DNA from: a virus
Length of the DNA: 64,000 nt
Reading direction: 5' to 3' (one strand)
UHGV virus genome: UHGV-0042229
Made by a program: the position numbers and the translations under genes. This document shows positions 31,543-40,525 of the stretch, one piece after another; the first letter of the stretch is position 1, and each line of letters begins with the position of its first letter. A model generated the notes under the pieces. That model saw nothing but the letters and a program-made list of their open reading frames with translations. It made no database searches and was not told the DNA's origin.

Positions 31543-34500
31543 ATACCCAAAACGTCATGAGCTACACCTCGAGTGTCCCCCTTACAAGACACAGAACGTC
31601 TGGCAAAAAGAGGTTCCACTCTGAAGCCACTGTCATGATAAAGCTCTCTGATGTTTGGCGCGCCACTGTTAGTAATGAGAACCTTTGCACCTCGACGATG
31701 AGCATCCGTCAACAGAGACACCAGGCGTTTTTGCTCTTCAAACTTAAAGTCATGACCGGAATAGTTCGTGAATCCCTCTGTATTTGGAAGCGGTTCATAC
31801 GGCGGATCGCAAAAGATGACATCTCCTTCTCCGGCAGCTTCAATCACCGCTGCAAAATCACCGCATACAAACTCAGACCGCCCTTCCGCACCGAGGAAGG
31901 CTTCCATCTCCTGTAATGGGAAATACGGAGTTTTATACTTCCCATAACCGACATTGAACTCACCGGCCTGGTTGTAGCGCGTCAATCCGTTAAAACAATG
32001 TCGGTTCAGGAACAAAAACGCCGCTGCGCGATGTAAATCATCATAGACTTGTTTGTTAAACGCATTCCGTACTGCCAAGTATCCCTCCTGGGTGTTGTAG
32101 TCCAGGAAAAAACGATGTGCCAGAGTGATAAGTGAATGCTCCTCGCGTTGCAGAGTCTTGTAAAAGTTAATCAGGTCAGCATTCACATCATTTAGCAGAT
32201 TTTCCTGGTATCCGGCATTCATGAAGACAGCTCCGCCACCGACGAAAGGTTCAATCAGGCGCTTCCCTTCTGGCAAATAGCGAAAGATTTGTTCCAGAAC
32301 ACCAAATTTTCCACCGGCCCATTTGAATATGGACCGTTCGAATTCTGCCGCTGGTTTAACTTTTCGCTCTTTTGTTTCACTTCCTTCTTTCTGCCGACAT
32401 ACGGCCTTAGTAATCCGATCGCCAATCCAGCGCATTACTGGTATTGCCATACTATTGCCGATCGCTTTGTAACGCGGTCCGTCAGCTGCAAGCATTGCGG
32501 CCTCTTCTTCGCTTAAATCTGGATAGTGATTGTGCAGATATGCCAGTTCATCTGAATTAACTTTTTTACGCTTTTCCGTAGGGATCAACGTATGCCAATC
32601 AGGAAAACCTTGCAGCCTTTCACATTCGACAGGGGTAAGACGGCGCATTCTACCGTCGCCGAGCAATACAATTGGTGCTTCATGGTTACATGTCAAAGTT
32701 GGTGCCGAATTATCGGTTTTTATCTCAGCCCCTCCTTGCCCATGTGCCATGGCAATTATGTTTGTATCATCGCAAGTTCTGATAGCGATGTTTGAAGTAT
32801 ATCTGGTAGTTTCCTTCCCCTCGCCTCTGCTCGGCGCAATATTCCGGCGCACGCCTTCGAACTCAAAAAGTACCGTTGCGGGATCGAGGTCTGTTCGAGC
32901 ACTTGCGACAACAAACACGCGTCGGCGTCGTTGTGCCACTCCGAAGTATTGGGCATCAAGGATTCTCCAGGCCACTTTTCGCTGCGGTCCATAAATACAA
33001 CCACACTGCGGCCACTTTGGAGCATGGCAACCGGTTTTGACATCCCACCGCCAGAATGCGTTACTTTTTCCTGATTCAGGTCGATCACCTGGTTCGAATG
33101 GCGCATCTTCTCCAGCCAATCCGGCAAGGAAACATCCGAAGGCGTTATCTGCCGATGACAAGACTCCTGGGACATTTTCCCAGACGATAACGGCTGGTTT
33201 GAGAAATGACTCAGCCCGTTTGTCGTCAATTGCATTTGCAAGCTCCACATACTTTAAAGTTAGCGCGCCACGCTCATCATCAAGCCCACCACGTAATCCA
33301 GCGATACTGAATGCCTGACAGTTATGGACCACCGCACCATTGAGGATATAGGAATGATCACCTTCGACTTCTATGTTGTATACAGTATCTAGGCCTACCG
33401 ATTTAAACTCTTTGACTGTTCGTAAAAGCATTCCATGAGCCAATCTTGATTTACGTGACAATTTCTGCGGGCAGATTGTTACCTGATAATAATTCCGTTG
33501 ATTTACCACGCGATCCTCAATCACTTTTTTGGGCTTAACTTCAATAAAGCTGACCGAAGAAACATAACCACAAGTCTGTGACAACTCCGCAACGCCCCAA
33601 GCAAGCGCAGGACTAACACTATTAATTCTAAATCCCGCTTTACCACTTGGTGTCCCATCAGTATCAAGATAGCCTTGTAAAAACACATGACGCAATGGAT
33701 GCGACATAACCCATGCAGGGATACGCTTAGCATGGCTTAACTCGCCAAAATGTTCATTAAGCCAATTGGCATAACACGTATCATTCAAGGTTACTTTGAT
33801 GCTCCCTCGGATTTCGCTTGCCACGGAAAATATGTTTTCTGGTATGCGGCAATGAAACTTTCTCAATTTCTGGCAATTTATGCCAAAAACAACCGCCTTC
33901 TTAGATTTACCTCTCCATCTCCTAATATATCCATCGCCAACATAAGCGCCCGCAAGATACATAGCCTGTTCTTCAGACAAGAACCGAGAACAAATATCTG
34001 GAGATGCAATATTGAAATTAGTTAGAGCACACCATTGATATCCCGGCATATCACATGCTGCTCGCCATTCCGGTTCAGACAACAACTCTCTCTTAAAATA
34101 TGTGCCATTTTTCCGGGTGTTTTGGGCTTTCCACCGAACCGCCAGGAAGGGATGGTCATTGGTTGTTCTTATACCTAAAGGCTGCCCAACGGCATTAAGT
34201 AACCCCGTATTAGCTATTTTTGAACCAACTCTTTTTACTTGTTGTAACCGCCCGAGATGACTGACTACGTAATCGCCAGGGCAAACATCTTCTATTGGTT
34301 TATAACCATTTTTACAAAGAACCATATGCCCCGCGGTAAAACATGGTGTCCCTCCCACCAGCACATCAGGGGCTTCAATTTCTCCAGCCTGGACTTTTTG
34401 GGCGAGTTTTGTCATGTCGCCAAGGTTGGCGACATGGGGCCAGTGGTACGCAAGAACGGCAGATGGAAAAGGCTCGATTTCAGCAAACCACGCCGGACGC

Positions 34501-34574
34501 ATACCCAACGGTTCCCAGGCAATACTCGCGGCTTCAATTCCACTGCAAACAGATCCATAGCACAGCTCTTTCAC
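31533..34574 (-). CDS. dmt: Bifunctional DNA methyltransferase Dmt (C5-cytosine MTase N-domain + Dam-like N6-adenine MTase C-domain), interrupted by an in-frame intein; 1013 codons
   Basis: N-domain C5-MTase motifs (VLVGGTP|CQAFSIAG split, [16 protein letters not shown]); C-domain Dam-like ([26 protein letters not shown]). GTG start overlaps upstream gene stop. Confidence 0.85.
33321..34343 (-). mobile_element. Intein (341 codons) with LAGLIDADG homing-endonuclease domain, inserted in the PCQ motif of the Dmt C5-MTase domain
   Basis: Begins [13 protein letters not shown]... (block A Cys1), contains IRTTNDH (block B TxxH), LAGLIDADG-like [13 protein letters not shown] and [13 protein letters not shown], ends ...[11 protein letters not shown] followed by +1 Cys of CQAFSIAG. 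Residues 78-418 of the ORF; in frame, no stops. Confidence 0.8.
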
Positions 34575-35476
34575 TGCTTAGCCTCTCCGCCAAGGGCATT
34601 TACCAGAGCATCAACCAGGCACGAAATTTCACTGGTTAACAGGAAGAAATCTGCGTCCAGTCGCTGCGCAACATCTTCACTATCAATATCAGAGTTCTGC
34701 TCAAGCAATTCATCCGCAAATTTGACGCTGGTAAGGCTGAAGTTATGGTCCAGTGTAAATTTAATGCGGTTCTGCCAGTCGAGTGCCAACTTAGTGACGA
34801 GCTTGCCAGCTTCCAGGTGTGTGGAAATTTCATCGCTTCCCAAATCCTGCTTTTTCACTCGGGCAATACCGCCATCCTCAAGCACTGCCTTAAGTTCTGC
34901 CGCATCCCCCATTTGAAATCCCTGTGGAGCACTACCATCACGTACCCAGTCGGTCAGCGTTAATTCAATGGGATTTTCAACACTCAGGGGAACAACAGGA
35001 AGAGAACCAAGAGACTTACGCATAAGCGCGAGCATATCCTCTGCCTGCCGCGCGCTGGCATTGATATAGATACGTTTAGTTGAACCGTCGTAGATCGCCT
35101 GGATAACAGAAAACTTTGAAAAAGCCCGTGGCAGAAGAGAATGCAGAACTTCGTCTTTCAGGGAGTCCTTCTCTGTTTTCTTCAGTTTACGCGCTTGTTC
35201 TTGCTCAAGTTTTTCAATTTTTTCTTGAATAGCTCGCTGGATAACCGGCGGGGGAAGAATTTTTGTTTCGCGCTTTGCTTCAACAAGGATAAAACCATTT
35301 CCATGCATAGCGATAACTTCGGAATTATCACCAAATGGCGATACAAAACCGAACTTGGCCATATCCTGACTACCGCATGGCGTGAAAAGGATCATTTTCT
35401 TTTTATCTTCTAAGTCGGTCAGATCCGCCTCACGAGAAAGTTTATAAATAGTAATGTTTTTCCAGTGCTTAAACAT
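34571..35476 (-). CDS. RdgC-like recombination-associated protein (302 aa from ATG at 35476)
   Basis: [17 protein letters not shown]...[17 protein letters not shown]...[27 protein letters not shown]... resembles E. coli RdgC; position matches P1 hrdC upstream of dmt. Track ORF extends upstream to 35590. Confidence 0.8.
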   Translation of the reverse strand: MFKHWKNITIYKLSREADLTDLEDKKKMILFTPCGSQDMAKFGFVSPFGDNSEVIAMHGNGFILVEAKRETKILPPPVIQRAIQEKIEKLEQEQARKLKKTEKDSLKDEVLHSLLPRAFSKFSVIQAIYDGSTKRIYINASARQAEDMLALMRKSLGSLPVVPLSVENPIELTLTDWVRDGSAPQGFQMGDAAELKAVLEDGGIARVKKQDLGSDEISTHLEAGKLVTKLALDWQNRIKFTLDHNFSLTSVKFADELLEQNSDIDSEDVAQRLDADFFLLTSEISCLVDALVNALGGEAKQ

Positions 35477-35825
35477 GTTGTAACCCTTGAATATCAACCA
35501 CAGAAAGCTCGTCTTTGTAGAAAAAGGCCAGGTTGTGGCACCCCCTCGTTTGAGCGTATGAGCTGGGACCAATTTCGTTCTTCCAGACAAATGGCTTCAA
35601 ATCCGTACGGCGAAGCATAAAAACGCGATTTGTTCCGCTCTGATTCCCAATGAGGCAAAAGCCTTCTTTCACCTTGATAGCCTGCAAGTTGTCGAGTTCA
35701 CCGCTGGTTACACGGCTATCGAACTCCTTGCGGCTTATTAGCTCCATCTGCATCTGACGACTCCAAACAAATGCCCATTGAAGGGCGATGGCTGAATGGT
35801 ACCGAAAATACGACATAAAAAACAA
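35469..35825 (-). CDS. Hypothetical protein (up to 118 aa) between operator and rdgC-like gene
   Basis: ORF track; start uncertain (several in-frame Met). Confidence 0.4.
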   Translation of the reverse strand: MFFMSYFRYHSAIALQWAFVWSRQMQMELISRKEFDSRVTSGELDNLQAIKVKEGFCLIGNQSGTNRVFMLRRTDLKPFVWKNEIGPSSYAQTRGCHNLAFFYKDELSVVDIQGLQHV

Positions 35826-35841
35826 TATTTATTAGAGCAAT
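35825..35841 (-). promoter_or_regulatory. C1 operator-like site upstream of the rdgC-dmt operon
   Basis: atatttattagagcaat, 16/17 to reverse-complement consensus. Confidence 0.6.
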
Positions 35842-35922
35842 TTTGCAATAGTTGAACTCCATGTAGACCACAAACAACCTGAGTTAAAATAACGAAAATC
35901 AGAGCAAATAATTGGTGATAAC

Positions 35923-36207
35923 GTGGCAAGTATTGCAACAAAAGACAGCATTTGTTCGGGGCACGGAGGATTCCCATCCAGGCCTCCTGTAGAGAGTGAA
36001 GCACTACTTAAAGTCAACGGAGTCGAAGTGTTAGTTGATGGTAAGCAATATGCACAGCATACCGATGGAAACAGTACGCACGGTGGGCAAGCTATATCAA
36101 CCAGGGCATGGTTTACCGTCAATGGTAAAGGGATCGTATGCGTTGGTGACCCTGTTTCATGCGGATCTACCGTAGCGTCCGGAGACGGCCTGGTTCAGGT
36201 AAGTTAG
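35923..36207 (+). CDS. PAAR-like protein (94 aa, GTG start)
   Basis: Repeated xHGG / GD motifs (CSGHGGF..., THGGQAIS..., VCVGDPVSCGS...) typical of PAAR spike-tip proteins. Confidence 0.45.
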   Translation: MASIATKDSICSGHGGFPSRPPVESEALLKVNGVEVLVDGKQYAQHTDGNSTHGGQAISTRAWFTVNGKGIVCVGDPVSCGSTVASGDGLVQVS

Positions 36208-36215
36208 GAGATATC

Positions 36216-37004
36216 ATGCTGGAAAAAGACTACCAGTTATCCGCATATAAAAAATTGGCCGCCGCCGGTGGGATGAAAACACCTGGTGCCATAACATCGG
36301 CACGAAACAGTGCTAACACAGCAAAACTGCTTGCAGAAGAATTGACCGGATTAATTCTGGATACAATTGTCTATCCCGACACTATTACCAGCTATGTTTC
36401 AACGATCAGAACAACCACAACCGGCTTAACGAACATTGGAGAACTGGCAACTAAGCACGCGGACCTGTTGGCTGGTTATGCAGATCTGTCAATGCTGCTT
36501 CAACTCGATATTGGTTGGGATGTTTACTGCCGTGCTAATGAGCGAGAAGTATCAGAACTGCCGATCTCTATTGCCATTGGTGACGCGACTACAACGAAAT
36601 CGCTTGAGGACGCTGTAAATGCGCTTAATGCGTCGAGTTTAGTCGCTGCTATGGGTGACGTTAACCAGACCCTTAACACAGGCTCAGGAAGCTCGTCAGG
36701 CTCTGATTCAGGTGGCGGCGCAGTCACTCCCCCACCAGCACTGACAGAACAACAAGTTGAAGCACTGAAGGAAGCTACTGAACAATTTGGTGCTTTTTTC
36801 GACCAGACAACAGTACCGGTAGCAGCATTGCAACAGCAGTATGAACGAGCGAAGGAAAGCGCCAGCGTAGCCATAACTGCTTATAACCATGCTATCGGAA
36901 CCGCGCTGGCGGAAGCATCAGCAAATAAGGCCAGCACCGCCAGCGCAGTCGCAGCTTTGGTTCCTGATTCTGTTCTTGATGAATTAAACAAGGCGACACT
37001 TTAA
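36216..37004 (+). CDS. Hypothetical protein (262 aa from ATG with AGGAG RBS)
   Basis: Track ORF 36159-37004 trimmed to MLEKDYQL...; Ser/Gly-rich linker, Ala-rich C-terminus. Confidence 0.5.
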   Translation: MLEKDYQLSAYKKLAAAGGMKTPGAITSARNSANTAKLLAEELTGLILDTIVYPDTITSYVSTIRTTTTGLTNIGELATKHADLLAGYADLSMLLQLDIGWDVYCRANEREVSELPISIAIGDATTTKSLEDAVNALNASSLVAAMGDVNQTLNTGSGSSSGSDSGGGAVTPPPALTEQQVEALKEATEQFGAFFDQTTVPVAALQQQYERAKESASVAITAYNHAIGTALAEASANKASTASAVAALVPDSVLDELNKATL

Positions 37005-37043
37005 CAAAGGACTTCACAGATAATTTTTCTTCAGGAGGAAGAA

Positions 37044-37466
37044 ATGTCGTTTTTTTCAACGTTAAAAACAGCTTTGTCTTTGAAGGAGAAACTTGCTGTT
37101 ACTGGTGTTCTTGTCCTGATTTGCGCACTTGTTGGTGCTGGGTTTGCATGGGAACGTTATCAGTTAAAGCAAGCCTTGGAAAAAATTGGCAGCCTTGATC
37201 AGGCTGTTAAGGAGCGCGATAAGTCAATCATTGATCTTAACCAGACCATTGAGACGATGAATAAAGCGGATCAACATTTTCACAGCCAGGAAGTGAAAAA
37301 TGAATCAGAACAAGCGAAGTATGCAGACAGACAAATGGAACGAAAAGCTGAAGTTCAGAAACAACTGGTTGCGTCGGGTAGTGTTCGCCAGCGCATTCCT
37401 GTTGACACTCAGCGGTTGCTCCGGGAGTCGATCAGCGAATTTAACGCCGACGCCGACAAAGGTTAA
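37044..37466 (+). CDS. i-spanin-like protein (140 aa): N-terminal TM helix plus coiled-coil
   Basis: TM LAVTGVLVLICALVGAGFAW followed by charged coiled-coil region; 3' end overlapped out of frame by a lipoprotein ORF. Confidence 0.45.
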   Translation: MSFFSTLKTALSLKEKLAVTGVLVLICALVGAGFAWERYQLKQALEKIGSLDQAVKERDKSIIDLNQTIETMNKADQHFHSQEVKNESEQAKYADRQMERKAEVQKQLVASGSVRQRIPVDTQRLLRESISEFNADADKG

Positions 37467-37632
37467 TCACCCTGCCCCCAAAAGTGCATTTATGTGCAGG
37501 ATGCCAGAGTTTAGCAGTGAATATTTTGATGATCTGCCAGCCTATATCCTTGATACAGAAACGATGCTGATGGGGATTAACAGGAAGAATCGCAACGTTA
37601 ATGATTACAACCGCGCTATCAGCGGTAACTAA
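37300..37632 (+). CDS. o-spanin-like lipoprotein, overlapping the i-spanin-like gene (start uncertain)
   Basis: Signal peptide with lipobox LLTLSGC, mature part Pro/Thr-rich; overlaps 37044-37466 in the +1 frame. Confidence 0.4.
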   Translation: MNQNKRSMQTDKWNEKLKFRNNWLRRVVFASAFLLTLSGCSGSRSANLTPTPTKVNHPAPKSAFMCRMPEFSSEYFDDLPAYILDTETMLMGINRKNRNVNDYNRAISGN

Positions 37633-37643
37633 AAGGGATTTTT

Positions 37644-38036
37644 ATGTCTGATAAAGTAACAGTAAAGCAAACTATCAACAAAGCGACTTCAATCTACAAA
37701 ATTGAGCAAATCACTGTTGGCAAGCCAGGATCTGAACAATACCGTCGTGCTTTCGAGCTTGCCGATCAGCTTGGTTTAAAACACCCGGATTGCATTGAGC
37801 ATGTATTTCCGACCTATGCTGATGAGCAATGTACTCATGTTCTTACCGAAGAGGATTTTTTCTGCACTGAAGAACGAGAAGGAGTTGATCGCTGCATTGG
37901 TGTGATTTGCTCTTCAGTGAGTTATGAGTTATTCCCTAATGTCCATGAAGATGGTGGTGTTGGATACCAATTCCTGTACGAAGGCGATGAGCTTAAATGT
38001 TATGAACATGGTCTTCTTATCGAAAGCGTAGAATAA
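37644..38036 (+). CDS. Hypothetical protein (130 aa)
   Basis: ORF track; followed by hairpin aaccggc/gccggtt at 38050-38070. Confidence 0.5.
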   Translation: MSDKVTVKQTINKATSIYKIEQITVGKPGSEQYRRAFELADQLGLKHPDCIEHVFPTYADEQCTHVLTEEDFFCTEEREGVDRCIGVICSSVSYELFPNVHEDGGVGYQFLYEGDELKCYEHGLLIESVE

Positions 38037-38078
38037 TACCCTTCCTTCCAACCGGCTATGTTGGCCGGTTTATTCAAC

Positions 38079-38186
38079 TTATCCACAGCATAGATCCAAT
38101 AAACAGATCCTAAAGAGAACCTAGGAAGATCCAAAGAAGATCCCGGATCGCTGTAAGCCGCGTCATTACTGGCCTGAAATGGGATC
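38079..38186. other. oriR: Plasmid origin oriR core: DnaA box plus GATC cluster
   Basis: Perfect DnaA box TTATCCACA at 38079-38087; six GATC at 38093, 38106, 38128, 38139, 38146, 38183 (four as AGATCC); directly upstream of iterons and repA. Confidence 0.65.
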
Positions 38187-38190
38187 AACA

Positions 38191-38294
38191 TTGACTATAC
38201 GCGATTTTATGTTGACTGTGCACGATTTATTGTTGACTGCACGCGATTTATTGTTGACTATACGCGACAGAAACATTGACTGTAAGCGATTTTA
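38191..38294 (+). repeat. Five direct iterons (origin-proximal array, incC-like)
   Basis: Starts 38191, 38212, 38233, 38254, 38276 (21-22 bp period): TTGACTATACGCGA, TTGACTGTGCACGA, TTGACTGCACGCGA, TTGACTATACGCGA, TTGACTGTAAGCGA. Confidence 0.8.
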
Positions 38295-38370
38295 GAGTCT
38301 GAATATTCACAGCTGTTGATAACAGCCATCCAAATTGACGTCAGGCCGCGCCACACATGGAGAAACCGTG

Positions 38371-39255
38371 ATGCCGGAAGAAAGTAAAGGCTTCCTTAGC
38401 GTTGAAGAAGTTGCAGGAAATACAGGAGAAATCCACAGCCTGAAGCCCAATAACAACAGCACTATACAACCCATCGCTTTGTTGCGCTTAGGTGTGTTTG
38501 TGCCAACCTTAAAATCTACCAATGTGGCGCTACGTCGCGGATCGTCAGTTACAACAAACACAACGAACGCAACTGAAGAACTATCAAGCCTCAAAATTGT
38601 TGAGCAGGAAGGCTATGAGGGAATTGAAATTCATGGTCCACGCCTGGATATGGATACTGATTTTAAGGTGTGGGTGGGCATAACCTCCGCGTTGTTTGAC
38701 TACGCACCTGATGATGACGGCATAATCACCCTGCCATTCTCCGAGTTTGCCGATCGATGCGGCTATCCACGTAAGCGCCTTTCAAAGGCGTTCCGTAAAA
38801 GTATTGATGACTCTCTGACACGCATTCAGCAGACAGTTGTCAAATTCCGCTTCCCGGCGGCAAAAGGTCATCTCAATAACATTAACGTCAACTTGTTGGC
38901 ATATAGCAGCCTGAATACCGAGCTTGATGTTATCGAGATCCAGCCGCAGAAACAGCTATCTGAACTTTACTATGTTGACTATAAGCGAATCCTGAAGCTG
39001 AAGATGCTGGATAAACTAGGGCGCAAAGAGACGGCCAAGGTACTGTATACATTCTTTGAGGCTCTACCCGCCAACCCGGCACCTGTCAGCATTGAGCGCC
39101 TTAGAGCGAGGCTTAATCTCAAATCATCCGTTAGCGTGCAAAATAGCGTTATCAGAAAAGCCATGAAAGATTTGGAAGCTATTGAATATCTTAAATTTTC
39201 AGAGATAAAAAACGGCAGGAAAATCGGCTTCCAGATCCATAAGCGCAATCCATAA
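38371..39255 (+). CDS. repA: Replication initiator RepA (iteron-binding)
   Basis: From ATG at 38371 with GGAG RBS; shares blocks with my recollection of P1 RepA (TIQPIALLRLGVFVP, GPRLDMDTDFKVWVG, VLYTFFEALPANPAPVSIERLRARL) but overall diverged; flanked by iteron arrays. Confidence 0.85.
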   Translation: MPEESKGFLSVEEVAGNTGEIHSLKPNNNSTIQPIALLRLGVFVPTLKSTNVALRRGSSVTTNTTNATEELSSLKIVEQEGYEGIEIHGPRLDMDTDFKVWVGITSALFDYAPDDDGIITLPFSEFADRCGYPRKRLSKAFRKSIDDSLTRIQQTVVKFRFPAAKGHLNNINVNLLAYSSLNTELDVIEIQPQKQLSELYYVDYKRILKLKMLDKLGRKETAKVLYTFFEALPANPAPVSIERLRARLNLKSSVSVQNSVIRKAMKDLEAIEYLKFSEIKNGRKIGFQIHKRNP

Positions 39256-39257
39256 TA

Positions 39258-39512
39258 TTGACTATATGCGATAGCGAGAAGTTGACTATAGGCGACATTC
39301 GTTGACGCTGGTGGATTTTTGCTGGCGTCAATATTCTGCAAGTCGCTATTGAGATGGCTTTTAGGGGCATTTCATCGCGTATAGTCAACGTTTCTCCCGA
39401 CAATATCTTACATAGTCGATCTTTGGTGGAGTTAAATCGACTACAGTCAACTTTTGACTGTAGTCACATCGCGCATAGTCAACTATTCACATTAACCTTC
39501 GCGCATAGTCAA
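39258..39512. repeat. Iteron array downstream of repA (incA-like), both orientations
   Basis: About nine copies of TTGACTAT(A/G)(T/G)GCGA / TCGCG(C/T)ATAGTCAA, e.g. 39258, 39282, 39376 (rev), 39437 (rev), 39454, 39471 (rev), 39501 (rev). Confidence 0.75.
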
Positions 39513-39547
39513 CATTTGCGCGGTTCTCATCAAGCAGTGGTATTGAT

Positions 39548-40357
39548 ATGCAAGAAGAGAAACAACACTACCTCTACGTTCTGGTGCCAGAGAACGGAGA
39601 TACTTTTAAAATCGGCATTTCATGTGGTCCATTGGCACGGTTTAAAGGGCTACAAGTGAGTCCCGATTTTGCGCTTTCACGGGTCTATCGTGGTACGCGT
39701 TTGGTAATGGTTAATCTTGAGCGGGCTTTACACGCAACCTTTTTCCCCTGGAATGCGCCGTGGGAGAAAAGCGTCGGTGGCGGGCATACTGAATGGTTTA
39801 CACGAGAGTGTCTTGATAAGGTTTTGGCTCATATCGAATATCTAAATGATATGTGGGGAGGGATTCTCGAGCGCATTAAGTCGAATGATTTACTTCAGCG
39901 TCCAGTAGATGCTGCTTGCTCTTTCGAAAAAGAGCTGGATGTTACTTCTATCGTGACTTTCAAAGATGACGCAGGAATGAGGGACGTGGCTTATGTCTCC
40001 ATATCTGGCTATGAACCGGACGCGATCCGCGCTCAATGTGAATTGCTGAAAGCAATGTTTATGCTTCGGACTAAATATCCCTGGGATACAGGGCGGGTGT
40101 GCTTCCCTATGGAAGAGTTAACCGCCACCATTGATTCCCAGCTTTACCACGATAATCCAGAGAAGTTTTTTAGCCTTTTAGCCGGTAATGGGCTTAACTG
40201 TGTGTCCGGGCTGGGGCGAAGTAGAATCCAACATGCCTCGCTCTTCGGTCCCTTCTTTTACGATCGACACGGGTACTTTGAGGCTGAACTTCCGGCGCTT
40301 ACGCGTGCTATAGATACTATCGATTTCGAACGATTATTCGCTGCTCTTAGCAAATAA
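39548..40357 (+). CDS. T5orf172 (GIY-YIG-like) domain protein (269 aa)
   Basis: N-terminal HYLYVLVPENGDTFKIGIS...RFKGLQV...GGGHTEWF pattern of the T5orf172 domain; about 170 aa C-terminal region of unknown function; own terminator. Confidence 0.6.
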   Translation: MQEEKQHYLYVLVPENGDTFKIGISCGPLARFKGLQVSPDFALSRVYRGTRLVMVNLERALHATFFPWNAPWEKSVGGGHTEWFTRECLDKVLAHIEYLNDMWGGILERIKSNDLLQRPVDAACSFEKELDVTSIVTFKDDAGMRDVAYVSISGYEPDAIRAQCELLKAMFMLRTKYPWDTGRVCFPMEELTATIDSQLYHDNPEKFFSLLAGNGLNCVSGLGRSRIQHASLFGPFFYDRHGYFEAELPALTRAIDTIDFERLFAALSK

Positions 40358-40364
40358 CACTGAT

Positions 40365-40385
40365 GCCCCTGAACGGGGCTTTTTT
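40365..40385 (+). terminator. Rho-independent terminator after the T5orf172 gene
   Basis: gcccc-tgaac-ggggc followed by T6. Confidence 0.75.
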
Positions 40386-40469
40386 GTGCCCTCCTTGTAA
40401 CTCTCAATCGTGCAAAATGAACCAAACATGCAGAGAATGCTATGTACAAGCATCTACGCATACATTATT

Positions 40470-40515
40470 ATTTTATGCAGCATTTTTAATTAAATTCAAA
40501 AATACAGCATAAAGG
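40470..40515 (+). promoter_or_regulatory. Putative par promoter/operator (imperfect inverted repeat)
   Basis: ttttatgcagcattttt-aattaaattc-aaaaatacagcataaa directly upstream of parA. Confidence 0.4.
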
Positions 40516-40525
40516 ATGACTTTCG

